The notes beneath the pieces were generated by a model that made no database searches, was not told where the DNA came from, and worked only from the letters and a program-made list of their open reading frames with translations. A program made the position numbers and the translations under genes. From positions 1-46,876 of the forward strand of contig MU006038.1 in the NCBI GenBank assembly GCA_010093745.1: 46,876 nt of DNA, written 5' to 3'. The stretch comes from Piedraia hortae CBS 480.64. Its lineage: Eukaryota. Shown here in pieces: positions 45,839 through 46,876 of the stretch (its first letter is position 1; every line of letters begins with the position of its first letter).

Positions 45839-46817
45839 GTGGAGGAGCACGGGGTTCTGCCGGGTATAACTGGAATTTGAGTTTTCATGGTGCAGAGTGG
45901 AATTTTTGATGTGCTTGTAATTGCAAAAATTTCGTGGGGGGTGGTGAGACAGTGTGATCTTTCAATGCGCCTTGGCCGCTGACTAAGGTCATGGTACTAC
46001 CGCCTTCTTGGAAGGGCTATCGTCCCCTAAACCACAGGCTTGGTTTCTGGGCCAAGACTGACCTGCGCCTAGAGTTTCTTCCTGCCGCAAAGAATACTGA
46101 GCCTTCCAAAAGGTGTTCGCGCGTATGATTCCGCCCTGAACTTCCAAACCCTCTCGCGCGACTCCATGTCCACTGGGGTCTCAATCCGGTGGGAGTGAGC
46201 TCTCAGTGGCAATGGATACAGCTTCTGTCGCACGCCAAGTTGAAGGAGCGTGGACTCTGCAAGATATGATGTTATTATCCCGGTGTCTGGGAACGTGGAA
46301 ACGCCTCCGCACCAATTCCATCTACGAGAAAGAGCTAGGTCTGATTAGGTGTTCCCAGACACCCCAAATAGATATGTGCTCGGTTCCCCCGAATAATTCA
46401 CATATCTCGAAGGGCCGATACAATGCCGTCCATATGTCTCATTTCCAGTCATTGATTGGATCATATAGTTGATAGAAGGTGAAGGTTATGATCTAGCGCA
46501 GTGTCATGTGCAAGATGGACACGGAGAGTGGGAACAAGAACAGTATCTGTGATTACACTCATGTATTGAGTTGTGTTGTCTTATTGTCACTGAGGAGTAC
46601 ATGACGAGCGTGGAGGCGAGATTTCACATTCCTCCGGTAGCAGCCGGAGGTGAAATTTTACTCGCGACAGCTAACATTGACATAGTGCTCATAGACCCGC
46701 AAGGGAACCAGATAGCACTTTAAATTGAGTCATTATTAATATTATTATTGTCTTGATTGAAGTGAGGGGGTGATGTGAAGTGCCATGACTGCCCCACATT
46801 CCAGCACGGTCCGAATC

Positions 46818-46876
46818 TATTATAATTGTGAGCAGATGTGTACCTGCATACAAATCTCTACGGAAAACTAGTTGAC
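46818..46876 (-). mobile_element. Partial LTR (same family as 42-165), inverted and cut by the window end
   Basis: Perfect 59-bp reverse complement of 107-165. Confidence 0.75.

Noticed and set aside
46621..46656. Hairpin ATTTCAC..CCTCCGG/CCGGAGGTGAAAT
   Set aside because: An isolated stem with no CTRR end, T-run or RNA-family features.
107..46876. Whole window as one giant TIR element or Starship
   Set aside because: The inverted repeat has LTR/PPT features with 3' ends pointing inward, the content is core housekeeping genes, and no tyrosine-recombinase captain was seen.

Overview
Genomic DNA from a filamentous ascomycete (Pezizomycotina; Dothideomycete-like by inference) with very short introns (about 42-61 nt). 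The left half (about 3.3-25.5 kb) is a compact core-gene block: an FlbD-type R2R3 Myb factor, a Nit-family amidase head-to-head with VPS25, a cPLA2-type phospholipase head-to-head with EXO70, a sequence-variant U2 snRNA, septin CDC3/aspB, BIO2, a small secreted protein, then PEP7 head-to-head with MET8, followed 52 nt later by METTL16. The right half (about 25.6-44.4 kb) is a nested transposon graveyard whose junctions can be read base by base. It holds a 5'-truncated Tad1-like LINE with a 13-bp target-site duplication (TSD) and a DUF659/BED hAT transposase gene split by two insertions. One insertion is a 196-bp copy of that LINE's 3' end (14-bp TSD). The other is a complete 6,876-bp DNA transposon with CACAG terminal inverted repeats (TIRs), a TA TSD and subterminal repeat arrays. 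This CACTA/CMC-like element carries a decayed transposase and a divergently oriented, apparently intact 7-exon gene of unknown function, and it is the best candidate for an undescribed system. Other relics are a second hAT, a second CMC-like transposase, a Gypsy gag, a Myb/SANT-like gene and DUF3505. An intact APH-like phosphotransferase follows. Both window ends carry the same LTR in inverted orientation. All family calls come from motif recognition by eye; no database searches were run.
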